Of a DNA stretch of 64,000 nt, positions 26,366-39,379 are shown piece after piece. The translations under genes and the position numbers were made by a program. Position 1 is the stretch's first letter, and each line of letters begins with the position of its first letter. The notes below the pieces were generated by a model. It was not told the DNA's origin and searched no databases. It saw only the letters and a list, made by a program, of their open reading frames with translations. The stretch is from Octopus sinensis. Taxonomy: Eukaryota. The stretch covers positions 105,586,001 to 105,650,000 of the forward strand of contig NC_043001.1 of the NCBI RefSeq assembly GCF_006345805.1. The letters run 5' to 3'.

Positions 26366-26366
<1 letters not shown>
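26170..26366 (+). mobile_element. SINE-A 3' half, diverged
   Basis: tagcggttcggtaaaaagaaccg..gaataagtaccggg..gccgtagtctaatgactgaaac. Confidence 0.7.
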
Positions 26367-26407
<41 letters not shown>

Positions 26408-26451
26408 AAACAAGTCAAAATAGAAAATGCTAAAATAATTTTATTAAGAAC

Positions 26452-26497
26452 ATTTCAGTACCGGTTTCGGTCATTTTGAGACCTTTTCAACTGTAAC
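26452..26497 (-). ncRNA. Minimal type I hammerhead ribozyme, U3-A8 core variant, in PLE terminal region
   Basis: GUUACAG-UUGAAAA-GGUC(UCAAAAU)GACC-GAAA-CCGG-UA|CUGAAAU: compensatory U3-A8, palindromic ACCGGU helix III, same strand as the PLE ORF. Confidence 0.75.
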
Positions 26498-26838
26498 GAT
26501 TAAATAATTAAATTTAGAAAAATTAAAAGAAAAGTTTTTTTAAAGGAATATTTGTATAGTGTTCAAATATAAGTGGCATTCTGCCTTTCTCTGTCTCCCT
26601 TGTTTGCACTTGTGTGTTCGAGGTCGTTGTGAATTCTTGATAGGGTAGAAGAAGAAGGTTGATGAGGAGAGGGGGTGGAAAAATTTGGGAGTGCCTTGAC
26701 TGTCGTATTATGAATGGTCAGTGACGGCTAGCAGTTGCAGTTCAATTCAGGAGAATATTTCTATTGAAAGGTTTGTTTATGGAATTTGCGTAGGTGTTAT
26801 ACTAAAAAGCATTAGTGATAAAGTTAAGAGGTAGAAGG

Positions 26839-27020
26839 TGGAGCAGAAGAAGAAGAAGAAGATGATGACGATGTTGATGATGATGATGATGATGATGATG
26901 AAGAAGAAGAAGGAGAAGGAGAAGAAGAAGATGATGATGATGGTGATGATGATGACGACGATGATGATGATAATGATGATGATGAAGAAGAAGAGGAAGA
27001 AGAAGAAAAAAGAGAAGGGA
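26839..27020. repeat. (GAA)n/(GAT)n compound trinucleotide array inside PLE 3' region
   Basis: Direct reading. Confidence 0.9.
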
Positions 27021-27168
27021 GAATATGAATGAGTGGAAGTAGTGAGGCGTTGTATGACTTGAAGTTGGCACGTTATGGATTATAGCTGCGATTGGGGCTG
27101 ATTTGTAATGGATTCTTTGGAATGTAATATTTGCGTGTGTATTTCTGTTATTCTAAAGCTGAGGTGTA

Positions 27169-28276
27169 TTAATCGTTTGTCGTAGACCCGTTAAGAAGTG
27201 GCCTGTATTTTGTAATAAAGAGAGTTTCTTTACTTATTCGTTGTCTCGAAGTTGTATCGTCCCTAAATTGGTAGAGGGGGAAAATCCTGAAGCCTGGTGT
27301 TTTGTTGTTGGCGCAAGTATCTATGTGTTGGCTGAAAGCTATTTTTCTGTTTTGGGGAGTTTTTATCTGGGACTGTGCAGGACCATTCTTTTACGCAAAC
27401 TATTTTTTGTTTGGCCTATGTATTGCTCTTGATACCCCGAGCAGGTTAGTGTGTATATCAGGTTCTCCGAAGCACATGTGAAGTTGCTTTTCACTGTAAA
27501 CCGTTGTCCCTGTTTGAAGGAGAACTCTGATCCCTCAATTAGATAATCGCATATCCCGCAATTGGGTCTTCCACATTTTTTTACTGTCGGCTTCTGTGTT
27601 GAAGAGTGTAATCGGGCTTGTGTTAGGAGATTTTTCATAGATTTAGGCTCTTTTTCATAGATTTAGGCTCTCTTGCTTTTTATGATCGTGTGTGTTTGGA
27701 GGATTGTGTTCATTCTGTGGTCTTTTTTTAGGAGGGGTATGTTATGGAGGATGGTGCCGAAGGCTTCATTATTGAGAGGGTTGTGTGTGGAGATGTATGG
27801 TAAGGCTTTTGGTCGTAAGTCTTTCTTTGATTTGGGATGTCTCAGTTCCTTGATGTTAAGTTGAAGGGCACGTTGAATGCACATGTCAATAAGTGAAGGT
27901 GGGTAGTTCCTGGTGATAAGGGTATCTTTTAGTTCTTGTAGTCGTGTGTCTCTGGTGTTTGCATTAGAAACTATAGTGCATATCCTTTTTGCTAGATTGA
28001 AGGGGATATTCATCCTCGTGTGTCTGGGGTGGCATGAATTAAATGGAAGATATTGCTTAGAATATCTGTAGGCTTATAATATATATCTGTTTCTATTACA
28101 TTATTAGCTTTCTTAATGAGGATATCGAGGAAGGGGAGTTGTTGCTGGCTATATTCCATCGTGAATTGGATGTTTACGTCCAGTCCGTTTAAAATTTCTT
28201 GGAATTCTTTGAGTTTCTCTATATTTTCATGCCAAAGAATGAAACAGTCATCTAAATATCTCTTCCAGTTGTTTTC

Positions 28277-28280
<4 letters not shown>
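27169..28280 (-). pseudogene. PLE reverse transcriptase C-terminal half plus GIY-YIG endonuclease, frameshifted
   Basis: WKRYLDDCFILW, QLPFLDILI, TDIYYKPTD, CGRPNCGICDY, NLIYTLTCSG..YIGQT, KETLFITKYRPLLN; stop at 27169-27171; at least three frameshifts, one from a short tandem duplication near 27640-27670. Confidence 0.92.
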
Positions 28281-28328
<48 letters not shown>

Positions 28329-28605
28329 TATATATATATATGCTTCCTATGCGAACGTCTATGCAGTTTGTGTTGTACAAGTGAACTAGTGTTTTCATGT
28401 GTAACCAACTACCGTCACCGTCACCTAATTGTATTTATTGCTTTGTTTTGTTTTCTTGATTTCTTTCACTTTCTACCTTCTTTCTTGTTTTTTCCGCATT
28501 TGAGATTTTATTACTCATTTATCTATATTAAGTATCAAATATCCCCACTTTTGTACCCGCTCTGCTCTTTATTGACCTCACATACCTTAATGACATTATA
28601 ATATA

Positions 28606-28906
28606 GGCGCAGGAGTGGCTGTGTGGTAAGTAGCTTGCTTACTAACCACATGGTTCCGGGTTCAGTCCCACTGCGTGGCACCTTGGGCAAGTGTGTCTGT
28701 GTTTGTCCCCCTAGCATTGCTTGGCAACCGATGCTGGTGTGTTTATGTCCCCGTCACCTAGCGGTTCGGTAAAACAGACCGATAGAATAAGTACTGGGCT
28801 TACAATGAATAAGTCCTGGGGTCGAGTTGCTCGATTAAAGGCGGTGCTCCAGCATGGCCGCAGTCAAAATGACTGAAACAAGTAAAAGAGTAAAGGAGTA
28901 AGAGTA
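28606..28906 (+). mobile_element. SINE-A with internal deletion removing the central microsatellite
   Basis: Head ggcgcaggagtggctgtgtggtaag joins directly at gggcaa-gtgt-gtctgtgtttgtcccc; intact 3' end. Confidence 0.92.
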
Positions 28907-29430
28907 AATATATTGTCGGGGAAAGCAAAAATTTGTGTATGCAGATAACGAGATGAAACTCGTTTAGGTAACAGTAACTCGGGTATAATTTTGGCCCAAT
29001 ATCGATTCCATTTTCCACTATCATATTTTGATCGTTCTATTAGCCAAGACATATTTTTGCCCACTTCTTTTAGTGCAGAATACTTTTTAAACTAAACTGT
29101 CTTATACACCTGATGAGAAAAACATACCCAGCGTCTACAAGGCTTTCGGAATATTACGTAGAATGCTTCCGATGTGCTTTTGAGAGAGTTGTAGTACTCG
29201 ATTACGCCTTCCAACCATTTTATCTACTGCTTTCATATAAAAATGGCGTTTTAGAGCACATGTCATCGGAATTTCCTATCTAATCTCTATACAGGATGAA
29301 TTGTATCGCTGCATTAATAGATGTTGTTTGTCAAATATCGAGTCTTCTCCAATTTTTAAGCAAGCCGTGTGTTTATGATAGTGACTAACGATCTGTATTT
29401 TACCATGATCTCTCGACTTATCCTCCCATA

Positions 29431-29463
<33 letters not shown>

Positions 29464-29467
<4 letters not shown>

Positions 29468-29770
29468 CCTTAAATCCTTAAATCCTTAAAAATGTTTTAG
29501 CCCGAAGGCCGCGGCCATGCTGGGGCACTACCGCTGAATGAGCTACACTAATTTGTGAATCTACCTCTGATACGTGGCACTTGATCAACAAGGGAGTTCG
29601 ATGCTGCTGCCCGCATCCGAGTCTCCTGTCGTGAGGTAGGTTCATCTGGGACTCCCAACAAGAAGAGATCCAGTTTAGTTTTAAAGAAACCCACATCCAT
29701 ACTATGTAAGTGTCTCAGGCATTTAGGGAGGATGTTAAAGAGCTGTGGTCCTCTGAAACCCAAGCTGTTG
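29464..29770 (-). pseudogene. CR1-type LINE 3' fragment with (AAGGATTT)3 tail
   Basis: Near-identical to 12550-12843 (GPQLFNILPKCLR..FKTKLDLFL..DEPTSRQET); aaatcctt x3 at 29464-29487. Confidence 0.92.
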
Positions 29771-29788
29771 TGTTTCAGAGGACTTGGG

Positions 29789-29819
<31 letters not shown>

Positions 29820-30249
29820 CGCTTGCATACATATATTCGTAATAAACCCCCTTAAACCTTGATTAAAATTATATCTGCAGATGGAAAACGGTGCTTTATA
29901 AATATTAAATGTTATTCTTGTTTTGGTAATTTTGTAGGCGTTAATGTTGTCCGTGTTGTTAATTATGTATTTCCGATTCGGCCAAACTTAACTTTAAGCA
30001 AAAGGATTATAGAGATGGTAGTCATTCCTCGTCTGGCATAGAGTGCACCGAGCAGCTCGATCAGTTTTTCACCTCCCATATTTTGGAAAGGATAAGAATG
30101 GAGAATAATGCAAGTTGATCGAACGGCCGGTGGCAATATTACATATTGTTAATATTCAACGTTAGAGATGTGGAATGATGAAAATGAATAAATAAATATA
30201 TAAATTTATGAGATTCTGATATACACTATAATAAGTAGCTAGCTTATCA

Positions 30250-30364
30250 ACGAGATGGTTCCGGACTCACCCCTACTGTGTGGCACGTTGGGAAGTGCCA
30301 AAGCCTTGTCAGTGGATTTGGTAGACGGAAACTTAAAGAAGCCCGTCGTATATGTATATATAAG

Positions 30365-30447
<83 letters not shown>

Positions 30448-30516
30448 ATATATGTATATATGTATATACATATATATATATATATATGTATATGTATATA
30501 TATATGTATATATAAG

Positions 30517-30549
<33 letters not shown>

Positions 30550-31017
30550 ATGTATATATATATATATGTATATATATGTATATATGTATATACATATATA
30601 TATATGTATATATATATATATATGGAATGGAAGCACTCCGTCGGTTACAACGTTGAGGGTTCCAGTTGATCCGAATCAACGGAACAGCCTGCTCGTGAAA
30701 TTAACGTGTAAGTGGCTGAGCACTCCACAGACACGTGCACCCTTAACGTAATTCTCGGGGATATCAGCGTGACACAGAGAGTGACAAGGCCGGCCCCTTG
30801 AAATACAGGTACAACAGAAACAGGAAGTAAGAGTGAGAGAAAGTTGTGGTGAAAGAGTACAGCAGGGATCACCACCATCCCCTGCCGGAGCCTCGCGGAG
30901 CCTTTAGGTGTTTTCGCTCAATAAACACTCACAACGCCCGGTCTGGGAATCGAAACCACGATCCTATGACCGCGAGTCCGCTGCCCTAACCACTGGGCCA
31001 TTGCACTTCCAGATATA

Positions 31018-31074
<57 letters not shown>

Positions 31075-31322
31075 TATATATATGTATATATATACGTGTG
31101 TGTGTATGTACGTATATGTTGTGTGTCTGTATCTGTCCCGGCCAACATCGCCTGACCACCGATGCTGGTGTGTTTATGTCCCCGTCACTTAATTGTTCCG
31201 CAAGAGAAATTGATAGAATAAGTACTAGACTTGCAAAGAATAAGTCCTGGGTTAGATTTGCTTGACTAAAGGCGGGGCTCCAGCATGGCCACAGTCTAAT
31301 GACTGAAACAAATGAAAGAAAA
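30250..31322 (+). mobile_element. SINE-A split by a nested SINE-C
   Basis: 5' half 30250-30350, (TA)n, SINE-C, (TA)n, 3' half ~31090-31322. Confidence 0.85.
30623..31011 (-). mobile_element. SINE-C, full length, nested in SINE-A microsatellite
   Basis: tggaagcactccgtcggttac...ctgccctaaccactgggccattgcacttcca. Confidence 0.93.
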
Positions 31323-31513
31323 AATAATATAAAGATGAAGGACATTACGATGCTTTAAAAGCAAATCAGGCGTAAATAGAAACAAAAGTCTAAATAAAAT
31401 ATTCTGCGTTCATAAAAAATGTCGCAGCGCACGAAATATCGCCATAAATAATTTATATGTAAATAAGATTATGAAAGATGTCCAGATCTATCTACATATA
31501 TATATAATATATA

Positions 31514-32023
<510 letters not shown>

Positions 32024-32424
32024 GACAAGCAGACACACGTGCAAGTATGTATAACACATATATTATGCATATATATGCACATACGCGTGTATATCAGCTT
32101 ATGTATAAGCCAATGTATGAATGCCTATGAGAATACATACACACATTCGCACATTTATATATGCGATGTGTGTGCATGTGTGCGTATGCGTAAGTTGTGA
32201 TATACATATATATATACACTCGCGCATATATATATATATATATATACATATATATGTAAATATACGTACACACTCATATGTACAGTCACACACATATGCA
32301 TGTATGTATACACATCTATATTATGCATATATATAAATATATGCGTGTATATATTTGTACGTATATTTCGATATGCATACATTTATAGATGTACCTATGA
32401 TGTTATCCGCACATACAGATATTG

Positions 32425-32455
<31 letters not shown>

Positions 32456-33699
32456 CACGCTCACACGGACTCAGGTACGAATACACGCACATGTGCAGAC
32501 AGCGACACGCACACGTGTGCATATAAATATCCATAAGTGTATTTATGTTTCCGAAGATGAATATGAACGTAGGAAACTGTATATACAACGCTGTACAATC
32601 AGGCGTACGATTGTTCGTGCTTAATTTTGTATCGGATGATTTATGGCTCCTAAAACGATAGAATCTAATCAAAATTTATCACCTAATTTTCTTTATCCTT
32701 TTCCATTATTTACTTCTAGCAATTTGATTTCTTCTTTCATTGTTGACGTGTTTTATTTTTATATTCATAATTTTTTCTCTCAATCATTTTAGTAATGTTG
32801 ATATATTGGATATGAATGATGAAAGAGGATTCTGAAAAAAATATATATATGTGTGTGTATAAATGGATGTATAAAAATACAAGTAAAATTATCTTCTAAC
32901 TAGGACTTTATTAGCTGTAAATATCAGCACACAAAGCCAGTGAATTCATTACACCTTGTGATAAATTTTAATCATTGTTTCAAGGAGACATACAAAAACG
33001 ATGTAACACAGACAGGTAGAAGTGCACAGAGACACACAAGCTGCAACATACACACAAAACATACTTAAATACATGCATACATACATACATACATATATAT
33101 ATATATATATGACTGTGTACATGTATGGATATGACTGTTTTCATGTGAATATTTAAGCATACATACAGAGCGAATTGTCCCCCATATAAGGAGACACACA
33201 AGCATTCATATAATAGCTTATTGTTTATTTACATTTTTTAATGGAACCTATATTTCATTATTATGTGTTGTATTTTTCAAGTAAGTGATTTTCTGCTACA
33301 TTTTCCTCTCCTGTCCTTTTCATTATGGTTTAAATTTTTATTGATTATATATCATTATCGATTATGTTGTTTGCTGAAAAAAAATGACGGGAAAATATGA
33401 AAGACAAAATAAGTTGAAATATTGCGTGTGGTTATATGTGGAAATATACGTATAATAATTAAGATATGTAAAAGTGTTTGATGTTGGAGGAAGAGAAAAA
33501 ATAGAGTTTGCGATGTTTAAGTGGCTCATCGTCTCACCCTGTCTCTATTCATCACTTTGTGTATGACTATGTGTGATTAAGAATACGATTATACGAAACA
33601 AATACACAAAGAAACATACAAACACAGACACGTAGTTATTTGCGTATCATTGTTTGCGCGCGTCTATCGATATACGTTTATATCTGTGAAACTATGTGC

Positions 33700-33791
<92 letters not shown>

Positions 33792-33793
<2 letters not shown>

Positions 33794-34140
33794 GTTTGTT
33801 TCGCGACCACATGGTTTCGGGTTCAGTACCACTAGGTGGCACTTTAGGTAAGTGTTTTCTAGGATACCCTCGGGCCGACCAAAACCTTGTGAGTGCATTT
33901 GGTAGAGGGAAACTGAAAGAAGCCCATTGTATGTATATATATATATATTATATATATATATATATATGTATGTTTGTGTTTGTCCCTCCAGCATTACTTG
34001 ACAACCGATGTTGTGTATATGTCCCTGTAACTTAGCGGTTCGGCAATAGAGAACAATAGATAAGTACTAGGCTTACAAAGAATAAGTCCTAGGTACTACA
34101 GCATCTCCGCAGTCAAATGACTGAAACAAAATAAAAGAAT
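33792..34140 (+). mobile_element. SINE-A, 5'-truncated
   Basis: accacatggtttcgggttcagtaccac...ccgcagtcaaatgactgaaacaaaataaaaga. Confidence 0.88.
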
Positions 34141-34158
34141 ATATATATACACGTATAT

Positions 34159-34192
<34 letters not shown>

Positions 34193-34215
34193 TTATATGT
34201 ACATACATATATATA

Positions 34216-34345
<130 letters not shown>

Positions 34346-34710
34346 AGAGGTCTTATACAGCTGGAAAATTATTATAAAATAACCACCATAGGAATGCAAA
34401 AATATCTACTTCAGAAGGAAGGAAAAGTGATACAAGTAGCTGCAAAACACGAGCAAAACAAAAATCTGTTCTCACTATTTAAGAAAGCTGAGAAATACAA
34501 ATAAGAAATCATACTGCCTAGCAAATACGATGGAGAAGAAGAAGAAACAAGAAAAGCTATGAAACAAATGAAATCCAAACAAAAAGTAGAGCAGCAACGG
34601 ACCGTGATAAAATGATGGCAAGAAAAGCCCCTTCATGGCAAATACTGGAATAAATTAATGCAAAAGAAACAGACAGAGAAAAATCCCAGCAATGGTTGAG
34701 AAGCTCAGGT
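34346..34710 (+). pseudogene. R4/Dong-like (RLE-type) non-LTR retrotransposon ORF fragment
   Basis: Hand translation: RGLIQLENYYKITTIGMQKYL...WQEKPLHGKYW...DREKSQQWLRSSG, the post-RT region of R4/Dong-clade elements; two stops and one frameshift. Confidence 0.75.
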
Positions 34711-35044
34711 CAAGTCAATAAACATCTTTAAAAGACCTCTGCATTTTCAAATACTCTTTCCTATATATATACATATACATACATATATATATATATATAT
34801 ACATATATATATCGCCGCACTATATATAGAGAACTAGCACTGTGCACGCTAGTTTTATTGAGAATTGACCTGAACATAATGGAATGACTGCATCGCTGAA
34901 GTATGGGAAATAGGATATGTCTCTGATATGCTTCATTCAGTTCTCCTCACCGAAATACTATCTTTTACAATGTTACGGACGATAAATTAAATATCACCTA
35001 GCCTCTCTCTCTAAAATGCCTCCTCCTCAACCCTTATGTTTTTA

Positions 35045-35806
35045 AAGTGCGGCCATACTATGGCACAGCCCTGGAGAAACTTAGGCGAATGCTTTGATCT
35101 CAGTACTCTTTTTGAAGCTAGTACTTGTTGTATCGAGCACAAATTGCTGAATCGCTAAGTTACGGGTACAAATATAAACACCAATACCAGTTGTCAAGCA
35201 GTAGCGATGGAAGAAGAAAAAGCACATAGACACAACGCACATTCACACACGCTCACATGCACGCACACATACACACACGCATACGTACACAATGGGCCTC
35301 TTTCTGTTTCCGTCTCCTAAATCCACTCACGAGGCCTTGCTTGGCTTGTGACTATAGTGGAAAGCACTTGCTCAAGTTACCGTGCCGATGGTCTGAACCC
35401 AGAACCATGTGGCTGAGAAACAACTTCCTTTCCACACAGCCAGTCACGGACTGACCACGTTGCCAGCTTGCCCGATGGCAAGTGGGTCCCTGGGCTACTG
35501 GAATCCATATACGGGGGCACATCTAAGGGGACGATCCGCTAAAGTTTGAGAATTTTTTATCCATTCCTGGAAGAATGCATTAATTATTTCAGCCTAGCTG
35601 TGTTTGTAGACAGATAAAACGAATAGTTTTTACAAAAAGAAAAATATTGATAGCTTTGTAGTTGCGGGTGGACCCCCTTGAAGTTGCAGATAGGTCCCCT
35701 TTTATATGCAGGTGGGCCCCTTTATAACTGCGGGTGGGTTCCTTAGTCTGCTGGCAACCGATGTTTTAGACCCAGTCCGCCCCTGCACACAGCCATGCCT
35801 GCCTAT
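35045..35806 (-). mobile_element. Diverged SINE-A interrupted in its head by a MITE
   Basis: Body 35045-35440; the last head bases cacacagccatgcctgcctat resume at 35786-35806. Confidence 0.82.
35441..35785. mobile_element. hAT-type MITE, 345 bp
   Basis: Perfect 8-bp TSD CACACAGC (35433-35440, 35786-35793); imperfect TIRs cagtcacggactg / cagtccgcccctg; subterminal gttgccagc / gctggcaac; internal ~22-bp tandem repeat x4. Confidence 0.8.
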
Positions 35807-38543
35807 AAATATACTTGTAAAATATTTCAAAGAATATAAAGAGCGAAAACACAAATTCACACCGATAACAGTATCGTGTTTATTCTTCACATATATCAAA
35901 GTATGTTTATTTAGAAACTCCTGAATTTTTCACATGTCATCCATTATCCTTCAATAAATACTCAACAATTGTATCTCATAAAATATTAATATGGAGTATA
36001 ACAGAACATGGACCTTATACAGGGTTATATGTGTCCCAGGCAACGGCTTTACTAGCTTAAGGAAAGAAGTCTCCAATTTATCAATTAAAATTTTCGAAAA
36101 GCAACCCTTGTCATCATCATCAGGTTAATGATGATGATGACAAAGCCCATATGACGATGATGATGATGATGATCAAAATCACCTCCGCATCCACATATGC
36201 AATCATCATCATCATGCTTGCATAAAAATGAAGCTAGAGATTATTAATCAAAAATAACTAGCGTTCTCGGATACTGTCATATAATCAATTGATCCATTAT
36301 CAACAAGTTTTCATAACCCTATCTCCGGAATTCTTTGAAGTTTCAGCCAGGGATGGTATTGATAAAAAAATGTATCAATCGATTCTCTGATCTGTAAAAG
36401 AGAAAACGCTTGTGAAATTTTCATTGCATAATAAATATTTTGCCGTCAAATATATAATTATATTTTAATGAGGAAAAACATTTTTTTTAATAGAAAACGT
36501 GTATGCTCCTTCATTTTGAAGAGTTTATTATAGGCTGATATTCTATTAATGAAAATCGAAATAGGATTTGATTTATGTTGGCTTCAGTGTGAAGTTATTC
36601 TGGATAATCTAATTGATATTTCGAATGCCACTGTATCTCATGTAAAGCATATGAACATATATTTATATATATATATGCAACAAGTTATATTTATCTTACC
36701 CGTGTTGTACATACAAATTGTAACTGAATCGACATTGATACCTGCAGATATGAAAACTGTTCTAAATGAAGCTGTGAAATGAATTTGCAAACCAAACGGT
36801 CTTTATGTTTTCATGTAATGCTGAATGTTGAGGGCCTTCACTATTCTTCTCTGGAAACAAACATTTCTAAATATATACCTGACAGGACAGTGACTACACG
36901 AATTCATCCAATAAGTGAACTTATTAAATTAAGATTACGTTCTATATGACAGCGTGTTAAGCCGTTTATTGTATAAGCGGTGTGAGACAATTTGAGGAAT
37001 TTTTCTTTGAAAAATTATTCAATATTACATCAGCTGGTTATAATTAATTTGCTTACATTTCTGCGACCGTATATCTCGTAAATATCCAGTAAGCTGGCAA
37101 TATCACCACGAAATTATCACCAACTTGCACTTAAATTGCAAAAAAGGAAAAAACTGTTTAGAAAACTCAGTTGATAAGATTATGTTTGACAAATGCTATG
37201 TAATTAACACCGGGACGCCCTCGATTTTTGATCTGTTTGATTGTTGCATCCAGGAAGTGCAAATTTCAATGGCCGCGACGCCTTTCTGAATTACTACACT
37301 CTTACTATACATTCGTTCTACTTAGTAAACTTCCTGTGGCAAACGGGAAAATCATCCAAAAGAAAAAATAAAGTCTTATTAGATTTCGGTTTAGCCCTAC
37401 TAACCGTCAATTTTTGTTCTTATTTGGTAGCTAATGTACCTATCGATTATTCTTTTCACTCAACTACGGCTTACACCTAAACCAATTCAACACGGCTGCA
37501 ATTTCTTTCGAATACCACTTTACTAAACCTCGAAACTATAAGCATTTTCGGCATCTCCTTTATAAATCTTGATGCTTATATTCTTTTCGTCAGCTAAATG
37601 TATGTAATTTCTATGCAACTGAAATTTAGCAACGCTAGTGAATAACAAAGCAGTTGAAAAGGAACAATGAATTGTATTAACTAAGACAAACTAATATCGG
37701 TGTTAATTAACTCCTAATTAATTAATATTATATGAACGAGATATGGTTTGCAATTTAACATTGAAGAGAATATTAATCCTAGCTCCTGTTCACTTACTGA
37801 TATTCTATTTTTGTATGCTGATGGCCATTTCTTTTCACCAGGGGATGTAGGTAGTTCTATTAAATATTAGTCATCAATTGTGACGAATTTAACAAATTTC
37901 GGGTGAAACTTAAGTATTGAACTTATAAGAGATGATGATAAAGCAGGGATCTTGAAGATGTAATGCGTCTACTACATCGAGCATATTAGTTAGCTCAGGC
38001 CTAAATATTTCGTATTGGCTAAGATCGCATAACATTTCAAATGATAAGGAATTTTATATCAAAGAGACGCACTGGAACTCTACTAGCAATAAGACATGAA
38101 TACAATTTGGCTAAGTGCGGTGAGGTGTCATTTATCAGATCAATACAATTTCAGAAGAGGGGTGTTCGTTCTATCGATCACCTAAAGAAGAAATGCAATT
38201 CTTTAGACATGAGCCTTCGTATTTGTTGGTTAAGTTATTTGAGAAAGATATAGAAATTGACAGCTGCGCATGTTTGCACCATTCACCATTCAAACAACTC
38301 GGTTTAGATTTAATCCCGAAGAGGTCTTTCCTGTCAACATCCATTGCGTCAGCCTTGTATGCAAATAATGGCTTCTTGTATAATGTTTCACGCGCTCATT
38401 GTGTAGGACATTCTCACTTACTCCATTTAATTTCTTTCTCAGACTCCTTTACTTTTTGACACGTTTTATTATACGGATCTAACTTAACACAATGGCAAAC
38501 GAAAGTTACTCCCATATGTACTTATATATACACACATGGAGGC

Positions 38544-38582
<39 letters not shown>

Positions 38583-38591
38583 TATATACAC

Positions 38592-38786
38592 ATCAGTCGC
38601 CATGATAGATCTGTAGCCATTACACACATTTCCTCTCTTTGTTTCTCTCCTTGTTATTTTTGTGTCCCTTTCTGTAGAAGAGCGTAGGCTCGAAACGTAA
38701 AAAGACTTTTTTTCTATTCCTGAGCGTTATACTAATACGTCTGTTTATTTTTTACACTACCTGCCTTCGTCTTTTGTTTTTTTCGT

Positions 38787-38790
<4 letters not shown>
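38592..38790 (+). mobile_element. P2 family repeat between (TA)n and (TC)n
   Basis: Reverse-complement homolog of 2880-3100. Confidence 0.7.
38668..38703 (+). ncRNA. Minimal hammerhead-like motif, core variant CUGUAGA
   Basis: CUUU-CUGUAGA-A-GAGC(GUAG)GCUC-GAAAC-GUA|AAAG. Confidence 0.45.
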
Positions 38791-38867
<77 letters not shown>

Positions 38868-39379
38868 GTACATTAGAGTGTGGATAAGTGTGTGTATATT
38901 TAAATATTACACTAAAATCACCGATTATTGCAAAAGAAAAAAATGTGGTTAATGGCAAGAAAAGAACGTAACGAGTTTGTCACCTTTAGCATAAACGCAG
39001 ACATATTAATGCAGCTAAAAGCAAACTCCTCAGAATTAGTGAATCTCAGAGACAATTAACATTTTGTATGGCAAATCCAATGGCATTAAAGTATAGTTCA
39101 GTTGCACCAGTGGATTATAAAACATATATGATAACGAAAATAATATTAATGAAATCCTCTGGCATATGAAAAGCAGAGATAACGAAATGGCAGTCTCGGG
39201 AAATATATCGACGTGTTGGATATACAGAATTTAAGAATCATTGAGTTATTTACAGAAATAGCAAAAAACTATTAGATTTGTAAAGAATATACGGAGATTA
39301 TGTTGTTGAGAGAACAAGTAATATACTCACCAATATAGACAAAAATCATGTATATCAGTAGGTACAAGCGTACGTACAT

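Larger units (their letters stand above)
26404..28280 (-). mobile_element. 5'-truncated Penelope-like element inserted in (TA)n
   Basis: RT and GIY-YIG remnants, 3' non-coding region with hammerhead motif, (TA)n at both ends (26368-26403, 28281-28340). Confidence 0.9.

Noticed and set aside
26802-27071. Poly-His/Leu and poly-Met/Lys ORFs
   Set aside because: GAT/GAA microsatellite inside the PLE 3' region.
29105-29160. CTGATGAG hammerhead-like start
   Set aside because: Followed by GGAA rather than GAAA and no helix I partner; the similar hits at 8636 and 63723 also fail.
35661-35747. Regularly spaced short repeats as a CRISPR-like array
   Set aside because: Contiguous degenerate tandem units with no unique spacers, eukaryotic context, no cas genes.
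36108-36143. 14-15-bp perfect hairpin
   Set aside because: Built from opposing (CAT)n/(GAT)n microsatellites, so low information content.
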